Origin: a virus
Taxonomy: Duplodnaviria; Heunggongvirae; Uroviricota; Caudoviricetes
Length of the DNA: 64,000 nucleotides
Reading direction: 5' to 3' (one strand)
IMG/VR virus record: IMGVR_UViG_3300034107_000364
Shown here: piece by piece, positions 35,724-45,517 of the stretch
Position numbering within the stretch: position 1 is the stretch's first letter
How the letters are laid out: every line of letters begins with the position of its first letter
Notes under the pieces: model-generated
The model's input: only the letters and a program-made list of their open reading frames with translations
Told to the model about the DNA's origin: nothing
Databases searched by the model: none
Made by a program: the position numbers and the translations under genes

Positions 35724-36773
35724 ATGAAAGATAAATTAGTAAGAAATTTTGTAGTAGGAACCTTTGTATCTTTATACTTATTGGTTTCTGTGATTTCAAC
35801 AATTCACGTTATTGACTTCTTTGAATTGTCAAATCCATATTGGTTAGCAGTGACTTTAGCAGTCGGATTTGAGGTGGGTGCAGCAGCATCATTAGCATCA
35901 TTAGTTATATTAAAGAAAATGAATAAAACTCTAGTGTGGGCATTATTCATTACAATTACTTTAATGCAGATGCAAGGTAACATGTATTATGCGTTTGTTA
36001 ATTTAAAAGATTACACAAATTGGTCACAATTATTTAATTTAATAGAAGAAGATCCACTTTACCAAAAAAGAATTTTAGCATTTGTTTCTGGAGCTATTTT
36101 ACCATTAATTGCATTAGGATTTATTAAATCACTAGTCGATTATATTAAACCAGAAGAAGATGAACAAGAAGCATTAACAGATGGTATATTAGGTGAAAAT
36201 ATGGAAATGCCCCATGGATTTGATAAAGCACCATCAGAAGAATATTTTGAAGATATTGAGCAATTTGTAAAAGAACCTACTAAAGAAGAAAGAGCAGAAA
36301 TTCTTGCTGAGATGATGAAAAATGATCAAGAGCTTGGATTATATGATGAAATATGGGATCAGACTTTAATGGATGGATTAGAAGATGAAGATTACGATGA
36401 AAAATTAATTGAAGATCTTATTAATGAAACTGTACCAGAACCATTTGCAACTCCAGAAGAATTACAAGAAAAACCATGGTGGGAAGGACCAATAGGTATT
36501 AAAGGTACAGAAGGCCCAGATGATTCAACATTAGAAGAAGTTGAAGTACGTGAAAACGATATGTTAGACATACTTGAATTGGAAATTGATGATGAGAATA
36601 CAAATGTAAATCCAACATCAGTGGGTTCAATAGTACAAAAAATATCTACACCGCATTTACCAACAAATGAAGATCAACCTAAAAGCGAAGACCAACTTTG
36701 GAATGAAGCCATGGCTAAAAAAGCCAAAGAAGAAATGGAAGCTTTTATAAACAATAAAAATGCTAACAAATAG
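35724..36773 (+). CDS. membrane protein with acidic C-terminal region (349 aa)
   Basis: 4 predicted TM helices in N-terminal 140 aa; Glu/Asp-rich tail. Confidence 0.5.
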   Translation: MKDKLVRNFVVGTFVSLYLLVSVISTIHVIDFFELSNPYWLAVTLAVGFEVGAAASLASLVILKKMNKTLVWALFITITLMQMQGNMYYAFVNLKDYTNWSQLFNLIEEDPLYQKRILAFVSGAILPLIALGFIKSLVDYIKPEEDEQEALTDGILGENMEMPHGFDKAPSEEYFEDIEQFVKEPTKEERAEILAEMMKNDQELGLYDEIWDQTLMDGLEDEDYDEKLIEDLINETVPEPFATPEELQEKPWWEGPIGIKGTEGPDDSTLEEVEVRENDMLDILELEIDDENTNVNPTSVGSIVQKISTPHLPTNEDQPKSEDQLWNEAMAKKAKEEMEAFINNKNANK

Positions 36774-37194
36774 ACTTAAGATCAATATTGAAGATCTTTA
36801 TATTTCAAAGCCATTAGAAAAAGAAACTTTCCTCAAAGTTATTAATGAGCATCCTAACACAATTCATTCGTTATATTTAATAACGAATGAATTGAAGGCT
36901 ATGCACTATTTCATTTCATTAGAAGATCATCCGCTATATGACGTAAGTGCATATATTAGTGTCCAACATGGATATTGCGGTAAAGCAAAACAACAAATAG
37001 GTGTTGTTAAATCAATGATCGATAAGTACAAACAAAGACCACTATTTTCAATTTCTTATAAGATAATATTAAAAGAGAATGTCAGGGAAGTCTTTTCTTT
37101 TAGACATGTGTGTTCAAGTAAAAAGGAAATATATATGTTAATAGATAAATTTCACAAAAAAACAGAACAATTATGCAAAGCAAATACATTTTAA
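36760..37194 (+). CDS. hypothetical protein (144 aa)
   Basis: ORF. Confidence 0.45.
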   Translation: MLTNRLKINIEDLYISKPLEKETFLKVINEHPNTIHSLYLITNELKAMHYFISLEDHPLYDVSAYISVQHGYCGKAKQQIGVVKSMIDKYKQRPLFSISYKIILKENVREVFSFRHVCSSKKEIYMLIDKFHKKTEQLCKANTF

Positions 37195-38138
37195 AATTAG
37201 GCCAAACTGGTGATCTAGTAAGAGTTCTTCAAGAACTATTAGATCTTAAAGTAGATGGAGAATTTGGTAACGATACGCATGCTGCTGTAATTAAATTTCA
37301 AAAAGCTAATGGTTTAAAAGCAGATGGTACAGTAGGACCATTAACTTGGAAAACTCTTAAATATAATCCACTTGAATTAGATGCTGATACTGATGTTGCC
37401 ACTGGTGCAACATGGATTCAACAACATCTTTTACCAGAAGGTGAATACCTTAAAGAGACAACTCACAAAGAATGGATATTTTTACATCATACCGCAGGTA
37501 GACATAATCCAAAAGATACAATTGACCAATGGGCTAAGGATCAACGTGGTAGAATAGGAACACATTATGTTATTGGTGGAATTCCATCAACTGTAGATAT
37601 GAATAAACTAACAGAAAAAGAATCTGAATGGGATGGTAAAATTTTACAAGCCATTAAAGATGAATATTGGGGTTATCATTTAGGTGCTGTCAAATCTTCA
37701 AAAATGCATAAGGGTTCTATTAGTATAGAAATCTGTTCTGCAGGATGTTTAACAGAAAAAGATGGTAAATATTACACATGGTATGGTGCTCAAGTTCATG
37801 AATCACAAGTCGCAAGATTAGATTCTGAATATAGAGGTTTTAAATATTATCATAAATATTCACCAGAACAAATTAAAGCTACTAAAGCATTATTGTTATT
37901 AATAGCAGATAAACATGGTATTAATTTAAAATCAGGTATAGTTGAAAAATTAACTAGTTCAACAAAACCAGGTATTTCTCAATATTATCCAATTCCTGGT
38001 AATGCTAATGCTTTTGACTATAGCGAAGATGCAAATCTAGGAAAGATCAAAGGTGTATTAACACATGGTCAAGTTAGAAAAGATAAATCAGATGTATTTC
38101 CACAACAAGAATTAATTACAATGCTATTGGGTTTATAA
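37173..38138 (+). CDS. peptidoglycan-binding domain + N-acetylmuramoyl-L-alanine amidase (Amidase_2/PGRP-like)
   Basis: N-terminal PG_binding_1-like LGQTGDLVRVLQELL...GNDTHAAVIKFQKANGL; catalytic region WIFLHHTAG...THYVIGG. Confidence 0.6.
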   Translation: MQSKYILKLGQTGDLVRVLQELLDLKVDGEFGNDTHAAVIKFQKANGLKADGTVGPLTWKTLKYNPLELDADTDVATGATWIQQHLLPEGEYLKETTHKEWIFLHHTAGRHNPKDTIDQWAKDQRGRIGTHYVIGGIPSTVDMNKLTEKESEWDGKILQAIKDEYWGYHLGAVKSSKMHKGSISIEICSAGCLTEKDGKYYTWYGAQVHESQVARLDSEYRGFKYYHKYSPEQIKATKALLLLIADKHGINLKSGIVEKLTSSTKPGISQYYPIPGNANAFDYSEDANLGKIKGVLTHGQVRKDKSDVFPQQELITMLLGL

Positions 38139-38196
38139 TTAATCCCCAATATAAACTATTAGTATAAATTTGGTATAAGTATTAAACTATTTAAAA

Positions 38197-38403
38197 ATGT
38201 CAGAACAAACAACACAAGAAAAACCACAGGTTTCACCTTTCGAAGAAGTGAAAACTATGACCGATGTACAAGCTCTTAATATTTTAATTCAAGCAGCTAA
38301 TGCAGCTCAAGGAGCAGGAGTATTAAGTGTACGAGATTCAGTATTTGTTGCAGCTGCAGCAGAATTGTTAACAAAACCTTTCACAGATAAAAAAGCTAAA
38401 TAA
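38197..38403 (+). CDS. hypothetical protein (68 aa)
   Basis: ORF. Confidence 0.45.
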   Translation: MSEQTTQEKPQVSPFEEVKTMTDVQALNILIQAANAAQGAGVLSVRDSVFVAAAAELLTKPFTDKKAK

Positions 38404-38792
38404 TGAAAATCGAGGTATCAAACGGAGAGATTATTGATAAATTTACTATTTTAGAAATCAAACTTAAAGAGATTTCTGATCCTGAAAAATTAGCAAACAT
38501 TCAAAAAGAGTATGATTCACTTAAATCTGTCGTAGATCACATCTACAATGAAGCTGATGACTATCGCGAATTAGATGTATTACATAAAGATTTATTTAAT
38601 GTAAATAAAACCCTTTGGAATATTGAAGATATGATTCGTGAATGCGAACGTCGAGAATCATTTGGTGAAGACTTCGTTGAATTGGCAAGATCAGTGTATT
38701 ACACAAATGATGACAGATCTGATGTCAAGAAAAAAATCAATTTGTTAACGGGATCTTTATTTGTAGAAGAGAAATCCTATGAATCATACTAA
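38403..38792 (+). CDS. hypothetical protein (129 aa)
   Basis: ORF. Confidence 0.45.
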   Translation: MKIEVSNGEIIDKFTILEIKLKEISDPEKLANIQKEYDSLKSVVDHIYNEADDYRELDVLHKDLFNVNKTLWNIEDMIRECERRESFGEDFVELARSVYYTNDDRSDVKKKINLLTGSLFVEEKSYESY

Positions 38793-38795
38793 TAC

Positions 38796-41700
38796 ATGTC
38801 AAAACAAGTTGCGATATGTATAGATACACCTGCATTAGGTGACACGATAGCAGCAATTCCTACACTTAGGAAGTTAGCTAAAGCGTGTGAGTCACAACTT
38901 ATAGTATTTTCTAGTAAACCTTTCTTATTTGAGGGTCATCCACTTGTGTCAAAAGCATTAAAGTTGGATGACCCTCTTAGATATGACTCCGACATAAAGG
39001 TTTATCGTACATTTATGCCAATCGTTGGCAAAGCATATGATCTAAGAGGTGAACAAGTAGAATTCAGATCTTCTAATATGGATATTAGACAATTTCATGC
39101 AGTTTCATTAGGGTTTAGTTTAACTCAAGATGAAATGGAAATGGATTTGTATATTGAACGTGAAAGAAATCTTGGATTTGAAAACTATGTTATAATACAC
39201 CCAACTTATACCTGGGCAACTAGAACATGGGATCAAGATAAATGGCAAGAACTTGTTGATAAATTAAATGATAGAGGTATTCCAGTGGTTGCGGTTGGCC
39301 GAGATTCTCATGAATTCGGTACATTCTCAATAGACAAACCCGTAATGGATTTGAATATAAAGCTTGGAGTTAACTTACTTAATGATGCAACAAATGATCC
39401 AGCTGAATTAAGATGGATGATGAATCATAAAGCTAGAGCTATAGTAACTATGGATTCTGGTTTATTGCACATTGCAGGAACTACTGACGTAAATATTATT
39501 CAATTAGGTAGTTCAATAGATCCAAAATTAAGAGCACCTTATAGAAAGGGTTCACAAGATTATAAATACAAATATATTGGTGGAAGTTGCGATATTTTCT
39601 GTTCCAGTAATATGAAATACAATATTATTGAACATGGAACTATTCAAGCTGTTCCGCCACAATTATATTGTTTAGAATATAAACCAACATTCGAGTGTCA
39701 TCCTACAGTAGATAAAACATTCGATGCAGTTATAGATTTGTATAATGACTTATTAGTAGACAATGTCTATATGAAACCTAATACCAAAGAAATGACAAAC
39801 AAAACTAAATTACTATTCTTAGCACCACATTTAAGTACAGGAGGCATGCCTCAATTTGTCTTAAAGAGAGTCGAAGCTATGTTAGATGTAAAAGAATATG
39901 AAATTCACTTAGTAGAGTATACACAATATAGTGATATTTACAATGTGCAACGAGATCAACTTATAGAAAAATTAGGTGCTAGATTTCATTCATTAGGATT
40001 CTTAAATTCAATAGACATTACCGAACGAGGTGAAAGATTAAAGGCAAAGATTTTAGAAATAAACCCAGATATTATTCATATTGATGAATGTCCAGAATCA
40101 TTTGATGGATTTAATAAAATTGATCAAAGTGCAATGGAATGGCTTTACAATAAGCAATGGAAAATTGTAGAAACATCTCACAATATTTGGTTTGATCCAA
40201 ACGATAAGATTAATGATCCAGATATGTACATGATGTGTACTCCATATCATTTAGAAACTTTCGGAAATAGAGATGGTTTAAAACCAGTTGTAGAATATCC
40301 TATATTAAATCAAAAACCTTCAGCGTTTGATAAAGCAAAATCAAGAGCTAAATTAGGTTTAGCCATTGATAAGACACATATATTAAATGTAGGTCTTTGG
40401 ACACAAGGTAAGAATCAAGCAGAAGGTGTTGATATTGCCAGAATAGTTGAAGCTAGATTTCCTGGAAAGTATCAATTTCATTTCGTAGGTAATCAAGCAG
40501 AAAACTTCGAACAATATTGGGGACCAATTATGAAGAAGTTGCCAAGTAATGTTACTGTATGGGGTGAGAGAAACGATGTTGACGTCTTTATGAGTGCATG
40601 TGACGCATTTATGTTTAACTCAACATGGGAGTGTAGTCCACTCGCACTACGTGAAGCAATCGGTCATGGTCTAATCACATTCTCTAGGGACTTAGAGCAA
40701 TATAAAGACATGTTTACACCTTACATTGTCCCATTCACAAACGATCTCCATGAAAATGTTGACCAATTAATCAAAACACTCAAATCATCCGAGGCACAAG
40801 GAAAAAATATCCCAGCTGATGATCTAAAACGTTTCACTGATCAGCATATCCAATGGTACCAACAATGTTTAACTACCCCACGAGGCCCTCAAAAAGCTCC
40901 GATATACAAACAACCTGAATGGACATTAGAATATCAAGATGGTCCGAAATTAACGATCAAGGAAACTGGAGGCACTCAATTACGGGCCGAGTTCTACGAT
41001 CATGAAGATCTAGTATGGAACGCAACAGACTTACAGGCAGGAAACTGGTACAAGCCCGCAAGAAATTGGTGGACTCAGTGGACTGTTAAGGTTTACAGTA
41101 ATGACCAACTAGTTCATTCAGAACGTCTGAGCCTTGAAGGCCAGGAACTTACAGTGGAAATGGCAAGTTCATCACTTGGAGACACATTGAGCTTCATGGG
41201 ACAGCTGCACACAGTGATAGACACACATAAGCTATCACGATTATATGTGAAGACACACAAACCCTGGCTGTTTGACAAAGCATGGTATAGCTCAAAGGGC
41301 ATAGACATCATTGACTGGTCAGTGCCTAACAAGGGTGCGCTAATCACTATCGGAGTCTTTTACACCATGGAAGAACCATGGAAACGTTCAGAACATAAAT
41401 ACGACTGGAGGACTATACCTCTGGGGAAAATCGCCTCAGATCGCTTAGGTACTGAGTACGTAGAACAAAGACCTCAACTAGCGCGCGAATTCTTGATCAA
41501 GTCTACTGCAAAAAAACGCTCTATTGTAATCGCTACCCAAAGTACAGCGCAAGCTAAGTACTGGAATAATCCTACTGGATGGCAAGAAACAATTGACTGG
41601 TGTAATAGTAAAGAGATTAGTGTGTACCATGCTAGTAAAGAAGGTAGTCAATTAAAAGGAGTTAAACAATTGCCAGAAGAGTTGGCATTAGTAGCAGGAG

Positions 41701-42002
41701 CTATTAATGAAGCCGAACTGTTTATTGGAATTTCCTCTGGCTTATCTTGGTTCGCATGGGCACTTGGAGCCAAAGTAATTGTTATTAGTGGCTTTACAGA
41801 TCCTTATGTGGAATTTGAATCAGCTATCTATATTAACAATCATAAAGTATGTCATGGTTGTTGGGGTTGGGATACATTTGACAAAGGTGACTGGAATTGG
41901 TGCCCTTTATGGAAAGGAACACATCGTCAATTTGAGTGTACTAAAACCATTGGATCAGACAGAGTTATTGCTGTCATAAATAAAGAATTATATGGAGAAT
42001 AG
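38796..42002 (+). CDS. giant multidomain glycosyltransferase: GT9(heptosyltransferase-like)-GT4-GT9
   Basis: N-term ICIDTPALGDTIAAIPTLRKL (GT9), middle LFLAPHLSTGGMPQFV ... FMFNSTWECSPLALREAIGHGL (GT4 E-x7-E region), C-term MASSSLGDTLSFMGQL ... GISSGLSWFAWALGAKVIV (second GT9). Confidence 0.6.
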   Translation: MSKQVAICIDTPALGDTIAAIPTLRKLAKACESQLIVFSSKPFLFEGHPLVSKALKLDDPLRYDSDIKVYRTFMPIVGKAYDLRGEQVEFRSSNMDIRQFHAVSLGFSLTQDEMEMDLYIERERNLGFENYVIIHPTYTWATRTWDQDKWQELVDKLNDRGIPVVAVGRDSHEFGTFSIDKPVMDLNIKLGVNLLNDATNDPAELRWMMNHKARAIVTMDSGLLHIAGTTDVNIIQLGSSIDPKLRAPYRKGSQDYKYKYIGGSCDIFCSSNMKYNIIEHGTIQAVPPQLYCLEYKPTFECHPTVDKTFDAVIDLYNDLLVDNVYMKPNTKEMTNKTKLLFLAPHLSTGGMPQFVLKRVEAMLDVKEYEIHLVEYTQYSDIYNVQRDQLIEKLGARFHSLGFLNSIDITERGERLKAKILEINPDIIHIDECPESFDGFNKIDQSAMEWLYNKQWKIVETSHNIWFDPNDKINDPDMYMMCTPYHLETFGNRDGLKPVVEYPILNQKPSAFDKAKSRAKLGLAIDKTHILNVGLWTQGKNQAEGVDIARIVEARFPGKYQFHFVGNQAENFEQYWGPIMKKLPSNVTVWGERNDVDVFMSACDAFMFNSTWECSPLALREAIGHGLITFSRDLEQYKDMFTPYIVPFTNDLHENVDQLIKTLKSSEAQGKNIPADDLKRFTDQHIQWYQQCLTTPRGPQKAPIYKQPEWTLEYQDGPKLTIKETGGTQLRAEFYDHEDLVWNATDLQAGNWYKPARNWWTQWTVKVYSNDQLVHSERLSLEGQELTVEMASSSLGDTLSFMGQLHTVIDTHKLSRLYVKTHKPWLFDKAWYSSKGIDIIDWSVPNKGALITIGVFYTMEEPWKRSEHKYDWRTIPLGKIASDRLGTEYVEQRPQLAREFLIKSTAKKRSIVIATQSTAQAKYWNNPTGWQETIDWCNSKEISVYHASKEGSQLKGVKQLPEELALVAGAINEAELFIGISSGLSWFAWALGAKVIVISGFTDPYVEFESAIYINNHKVCHGCWGWDTFDKGDWNWCPLWKGTHRQFECTKTIGSDRVIAVINKELYGE

Positions 42003-42879
42003 AAAAGCTGTAGTTACAGGTGGAGCTGGTTTTATTGGTTCATATCTGGTTAAAGAATTACTAAACAATGGATGGTCAGTAATTGTACTTGATAATTTTA
42101 GTACTGGTGACATGGACAATTTAGAACCACATCCAAATTTAATTATTGAAGCTACTGATATTATTAGTAGTAAATTGCCAACTTATAAATTTGATACTCT
42201 ATTTCATTTAGCTGCACCGATTAGTGTACCTGAAAGCATAGAACAACCAATGAAATATTGGAATGGCATATGTGTTGCAAGTAGAAGAGTTATGAGTTGG
42301 GCTTATGAAATGGGAGCTACTTCAATGGTAGCTGCATCCACTGCTGCGGTCTATGGTGATTCAGAACAAGTGCCATTAAAAGAGAGTGATACACCTAATC
42401 CGATGAGTCCTTATGCCGAATTTAAATTGGAAATGGAACACATGATGATGAGTTATAATAAACCTCAGTTTAAGTGTACAGCTCTAAGATTTTTTAATGT
42501 CTTTGGTGAAGGTCAAAGGGCTACTGGTGGATACCGAAGTGCAGTGCCCATATTCTTACAACAATATGAATCTTATCAACCTATTACCGTAACTGGTGAT
42601 GGCACACAAACTAGAGATTGGATTTATGTTAAAGATGTGGTAAATGCTATTATAATGAGTAGTCAGGCCGAATTTAAGACCACTATGCCAATTTATAATG
42701 TTGGATCTGGTACAGAAACTCAAGTTATTGAAGTGGCTGAGGCATTTGGTGGTGAAATCAAACATGTAGAAAAAAGAGAGGAACCTATGCGTTCCGCTGC
42801 AGATATTACAAAAATCACTAGGCAATTAGGTTGGAAACCAGAAACAAACCTATTATCCTGGATAAAATCAATTAAATGA
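41992..42879 (+). CDS. NAD-dependent sugar epimerase/dehydratase (SDR family, UDP-sugar 4-epimerase-like)
   Basis: VTGGAGFIGS Rossmann motif, YAEFK (YxxxK). Confidence 0.7.
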   Translation: MENRKAVVTGGAGFIGSYLVKELLNNGWSVIVLDNFSTGDMDNLEPHPNLIIEATDIISSKLPTYKFDTLFHLAAPISVPESIEQPMKYWNGICVASRRVMSWAYEMGATSMVAASTAAVYGDSEQVPLKESDTPNPMSPYAEFKLEMEHMMMSYNKPQFKCTALRFFNVFGEGQRATGGYRSAVPIFLQQYESYQPITVTGDGTQTRDWIYVKDVVNAIIMSSQAEFKTTMPIYNVGSGTETQVIEVAEAFGGEIKHVEKREEPMRSAADITKITRQLGWKPETNLLSWIKSIK

Positions 42880-43481
42880 AACAAATAAAAAACATAATTG
42901 CAATAACGTTCCTAACATTATTGTTAATTACAAGTGCAAATGCACAAACAGGTCTTGCAAATGTTAAAATCAAAACGAGTATATTTGAAATTGAATATTC
43001 TCAAAGATTTCAACAACCTTTGGTTATTAAATATAAAGTTCAATGCCCAACTGGTGATGAAGAAAGAGATGGTATGTCATTTAAGAAATGGACAGGTGTT
43101 GTAACAAGTGACGATGATGACTATGTTGATAATATATGGGACAAAGGTCATATGGCACCTGCTGGTGCATTTACATGTAATATAACTAATTTACGAAATA
43201 CATTCTCTTATTTAAATTGTGCATTACAACATGAATCATTAAATAGAGGACCATGGAAAGAACTAGAACATTTTGAAAAGGATTTATCAAAAGTATTTTC
43301 AAATGTAACTATAGAAATTAGAGTACATTTTCTAGATAAACCTCAAAATTGGTTAAGTACTGGAGCATTAGTACCAATAGGATTTACAAAAATAATTAGA
43401 GTTAATAATAATAAATTTGAATTTTATTTTCCAAACATTAACTCAACTGGACATGACTGGATTGAATATAAAATCAATTAG
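42876..43481 (+). CDS. secreted DNA/RNA non-specific endonuclease (Serratia/EndoG family)
   Basis: signal peptide IIAITFLTLLLITSANA; DKGHMAPAG (DRGH motif) and NCALQHESLNRGPW (Mg-binding Asn region). Confidence 0.6.
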   Translation: MKQIKNIIAITFLTLLLITSANAQTGLANVKIKTSIFEIEYSQRFQQPLVIKYKVQCPTGDEERDGMSFKKWTGVVTSDDDDYVDNIWDKGHMAPAGAFTCNITNLRNTFSYLNCALQHESLNRGPWKELEHFEKDLSKVFSNVTIEIRVHFLDKPQNWLSTGALVPIGFTKIIRVNNNKFEFYFPNINSTGHDWIEYKIN

Positions 43482-43554
43482 TGATAGAGTTAAAGAAAAA
43501 TATAAACTCGATATATAAGTTATAAGTGTTTAAATTAAAAACATAAAAAACATC

Positions 43555-43845
43555 ATGAGCACTACAGAAAAATTTCTAATGCTATTTTCAGACTTCGAGA
43601 TGATCGTTGTTGAAAAAACGAATGAGGTAAAAATAGACAAGAGTAATACTCAACATTCGATTGGCGCTAATCAAACAAAGAGTGAACTAAAGAAAGTACT
43701 TAAGCGATTGACTGAAGAATACAGCAGAGCTAAAAAGTCATTTAAACAAAATAAATTAAGTCGTCAAGAATTATTTGATTTCGAATGGAGATTATTTGAA
43801 ATACAAGAAGAGATTAAAAGATTAGATGACGAAACTGCGGCATAA
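43555..43845 (+). CDS. hypothetical coiled-coil protein (96 aa)
   Basis: ORF. Confidence 0.45.
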   Translation: MSTTEKFLMLFSDFEMIVVEKTNEVKIDKSNTQHSIGANQTKSELKKVLKRLTEEYSRAKKSFKQNKLSRQELFDFEWRLFEIQEEIKRLDDETAA

Positions 43846-44333
43846 TGAAACACCTAAAAAAATATGATCAATTTATCAACGAGAAATATCTAGACACTAG
43901 ATATTCAGCTGGTCTTGCGATTGTGTTTGATGGTAAAATTTTGTTAGGTCAATCTAGAGGTAGAAAAGAAGGAACTGGTTATGGTATATCTAAAGGTGGC
44001 ATCGAAGAAGGTGAATCACATTTAGATGCTGCTATCAGAGAAACTTATGAAGAGTTCGGTATTAAAGTTCCTAAATCTTTAATAAGTAAAATTGAACGTA
44101 CATTTGTTTTAACTTCTAGAAAGTATAAGTATAATAAAGTTATTTATTATTTTATAGTTGAAATAGATGACCTGTCTAAAATAGGACTTAAAGATCTAGT
44201 GGTACCTAAAGGGCAATTACAGCGTGAAGAAATTGATAATGCCAAATTTATGGACAAAATAGAAGCTTCACAAGTTATAATGTTAAGTCAACAAGTGGTT
44301 CTACAAAATTTAAGTGCAATGGGACTAATATGA
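43845..44333 (+). CDS. Nudix hydrolase with CTS-like N-terminal leader
   Basis: Nudix box GGIEEGESHLDAAIRETYEEFGI; N-terminus MKHLKKYDQFINE. Confidence 0.65.
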   Translation: MKHLKKYDQFINEKYLDTRYSAGLAIVFDGKILLGQSRGRKEGTGYGISKGGIEEGESHLDAAIRETYEEFGIKVPKSLISKIERTFVLTSRKYKYNKVIYYFIVEIDDLSKIGLKDLVVPKGQLQREEIDNAKFMDKIEASQVIMLSQQVVLQNLSAMGLI

Positions 44334-44653
44334 AAGAGTTAATAGGACAATACATATCAGAATGGGGTTGGGTGACAGCAGTAGCTATAATTTCATTTAC
44401 ATTCAAAGACATGATTGCTAATCTTGTTATTGGTATGCAGTTTTTATGGGGCAATGATTTTAATGTAGATGATATAGTTTATATTAAAGGCGCAAAGAAA
44501 GCTAGAATAGTTAGACAAAATATATACAAAACAACTTTTTATGTTTTTGGACATGAAAGAAAATTCGTAGTACCTAATAATAGACTATGGACTCTAGAAA
44601 TAGAAAAAGAAATACCAAAAGATGAAACACCTGAAAACTTTCCAATTATTTGA
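44330..44653 (+). CDS. hypothetical protein (107 aa)
   Basis: ORF; 3' end overlaps next gene by 30 nt in another frame. Confidence 0.4.
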   Translation: MKELIGQYISEWGWVTAVAIISFTFKDMIANLVIGMQFLWGNDFNVDDIVYIKGAKKARIVRQNIYKTTFYVFGHERKFVVPNNRLWTLEIEKEIPKDETPENFPII

Positions 44654-44885
44654 GGATGCTCAAAAAGTAGCTGACCTAAATCTTAAAGTTAGAGAATTAG
44701 ATTCTAAAAGAAACGAGATTAAAACTAAAGCTGCTGAAACTGCAAAAGCAATGAGAAACGAAGAGGATCCATTAAAATCTGAAATGTTAGCATTAACTGC
44801 ACAGAAACTTTCCATGCAAGCAGAAATATCAAAAATTGATATAAAACTTACTGCATTGAAAATAAAAATAGAATCTAATAAATAA
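44622..44885 (+). CDS. hypothetical coiled-coil protein with CTS-like leader
   Basis: MKHLKTFQLFEDAQK. Confidence 0.45.
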   Translation: MKHLKTFQLFEDAQKVADLNLKVRELDSKRNEIKTKAAETAKAMRNEEDPLKSEMLALTAQKLSMQAEISKIDIKLTALKIKIESNK

Positions 44886-44915
44886 ACATTATTAGATTTT
44901 TAAGTATAAGCTAAG

Positions 44916-45515
44916 ATGAAACACGTTAAAAATTACACAGAATACCTAAATGAGGTAAACAGAGCTGGAAAACCATATCATGGTTCCAAGATTCTTGTGT
45001 TTGATCTTGACGATACTTTAGTAATTTCATCAGCAAAAATAAAGGTTTGCAATAAGAAAACAGGAGAATGTTATTCACTGACTCCAGAAGAATTTAATAG
45101 TTATGAAAAACATGCAGATCATGAATTAAACTTTGATGAATTTAAATCATTAGAGATTATGAAAGCTGGTCAAATGATTGAACATTACTTAGACATATTT
45201 AAAGAAGCTTATAAATCACGCATCGCAGTTGGAATTGTTACAGCAAGAGATGATAGAGAAATGATTTATAGATGGTTAAGAGAACATGTTGGATTTAGAA
45301 TCGACAAAGATCTTATTTTTGCAGTGAATGATTCAGTACATAAATTCAAAGGTAGTATATCGGATCGTAAAAAACAAGCGTTTAGAGAATTGATCGATAT
45401 GGGTTACAGTGACCTACAATTTTACGATGATGATGAGGCTAATTTAGTATTAGTAAAATCATTAGAACAAGAACATGAAGGAATACAAATATCAACAATT
45501 AGAGCATACAAATAA
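44916..45515 (+). CDS. HAD-superfamily phosphatase with CTS-like leader
   Basis: leader MKHVKNYTEYLNE; HAD motif I FDLDDTL, motif II VTAR, motif IV YDDDEAN. Confidence 0.6.
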   Translation: MKHVKNYTEYLNEVNRAGKPYHGSKILVFDLDDTLVISSAKIKVCNKKTGECYSLTPEEFNSYEKHADHELNFDEFKSLEIMKAGQMIEHYLDIFKEAYKSRIAVGIVTARDDREMIYRWLREHVGFRIDKDLIFAVNDSVHKFKGSISDRKKQAFRELIDMGYSDLQFYDDDEANLVLVKSLEQEHEGIQISTIRAYK

Positions 45516-45517
45516 AT

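Noticed and set aside
44330-44885. Treating the 30-nt overlap of 44330-44653 and 44622-44885 as a frameshift or sequencing error joining the two ORFs.
   Set aside because: The downstream ORF begins with the full conserved MKHLKTF leader that starts a dozen independent genes here, so an independent start is more parsimonious. The overlap was kept as observed.
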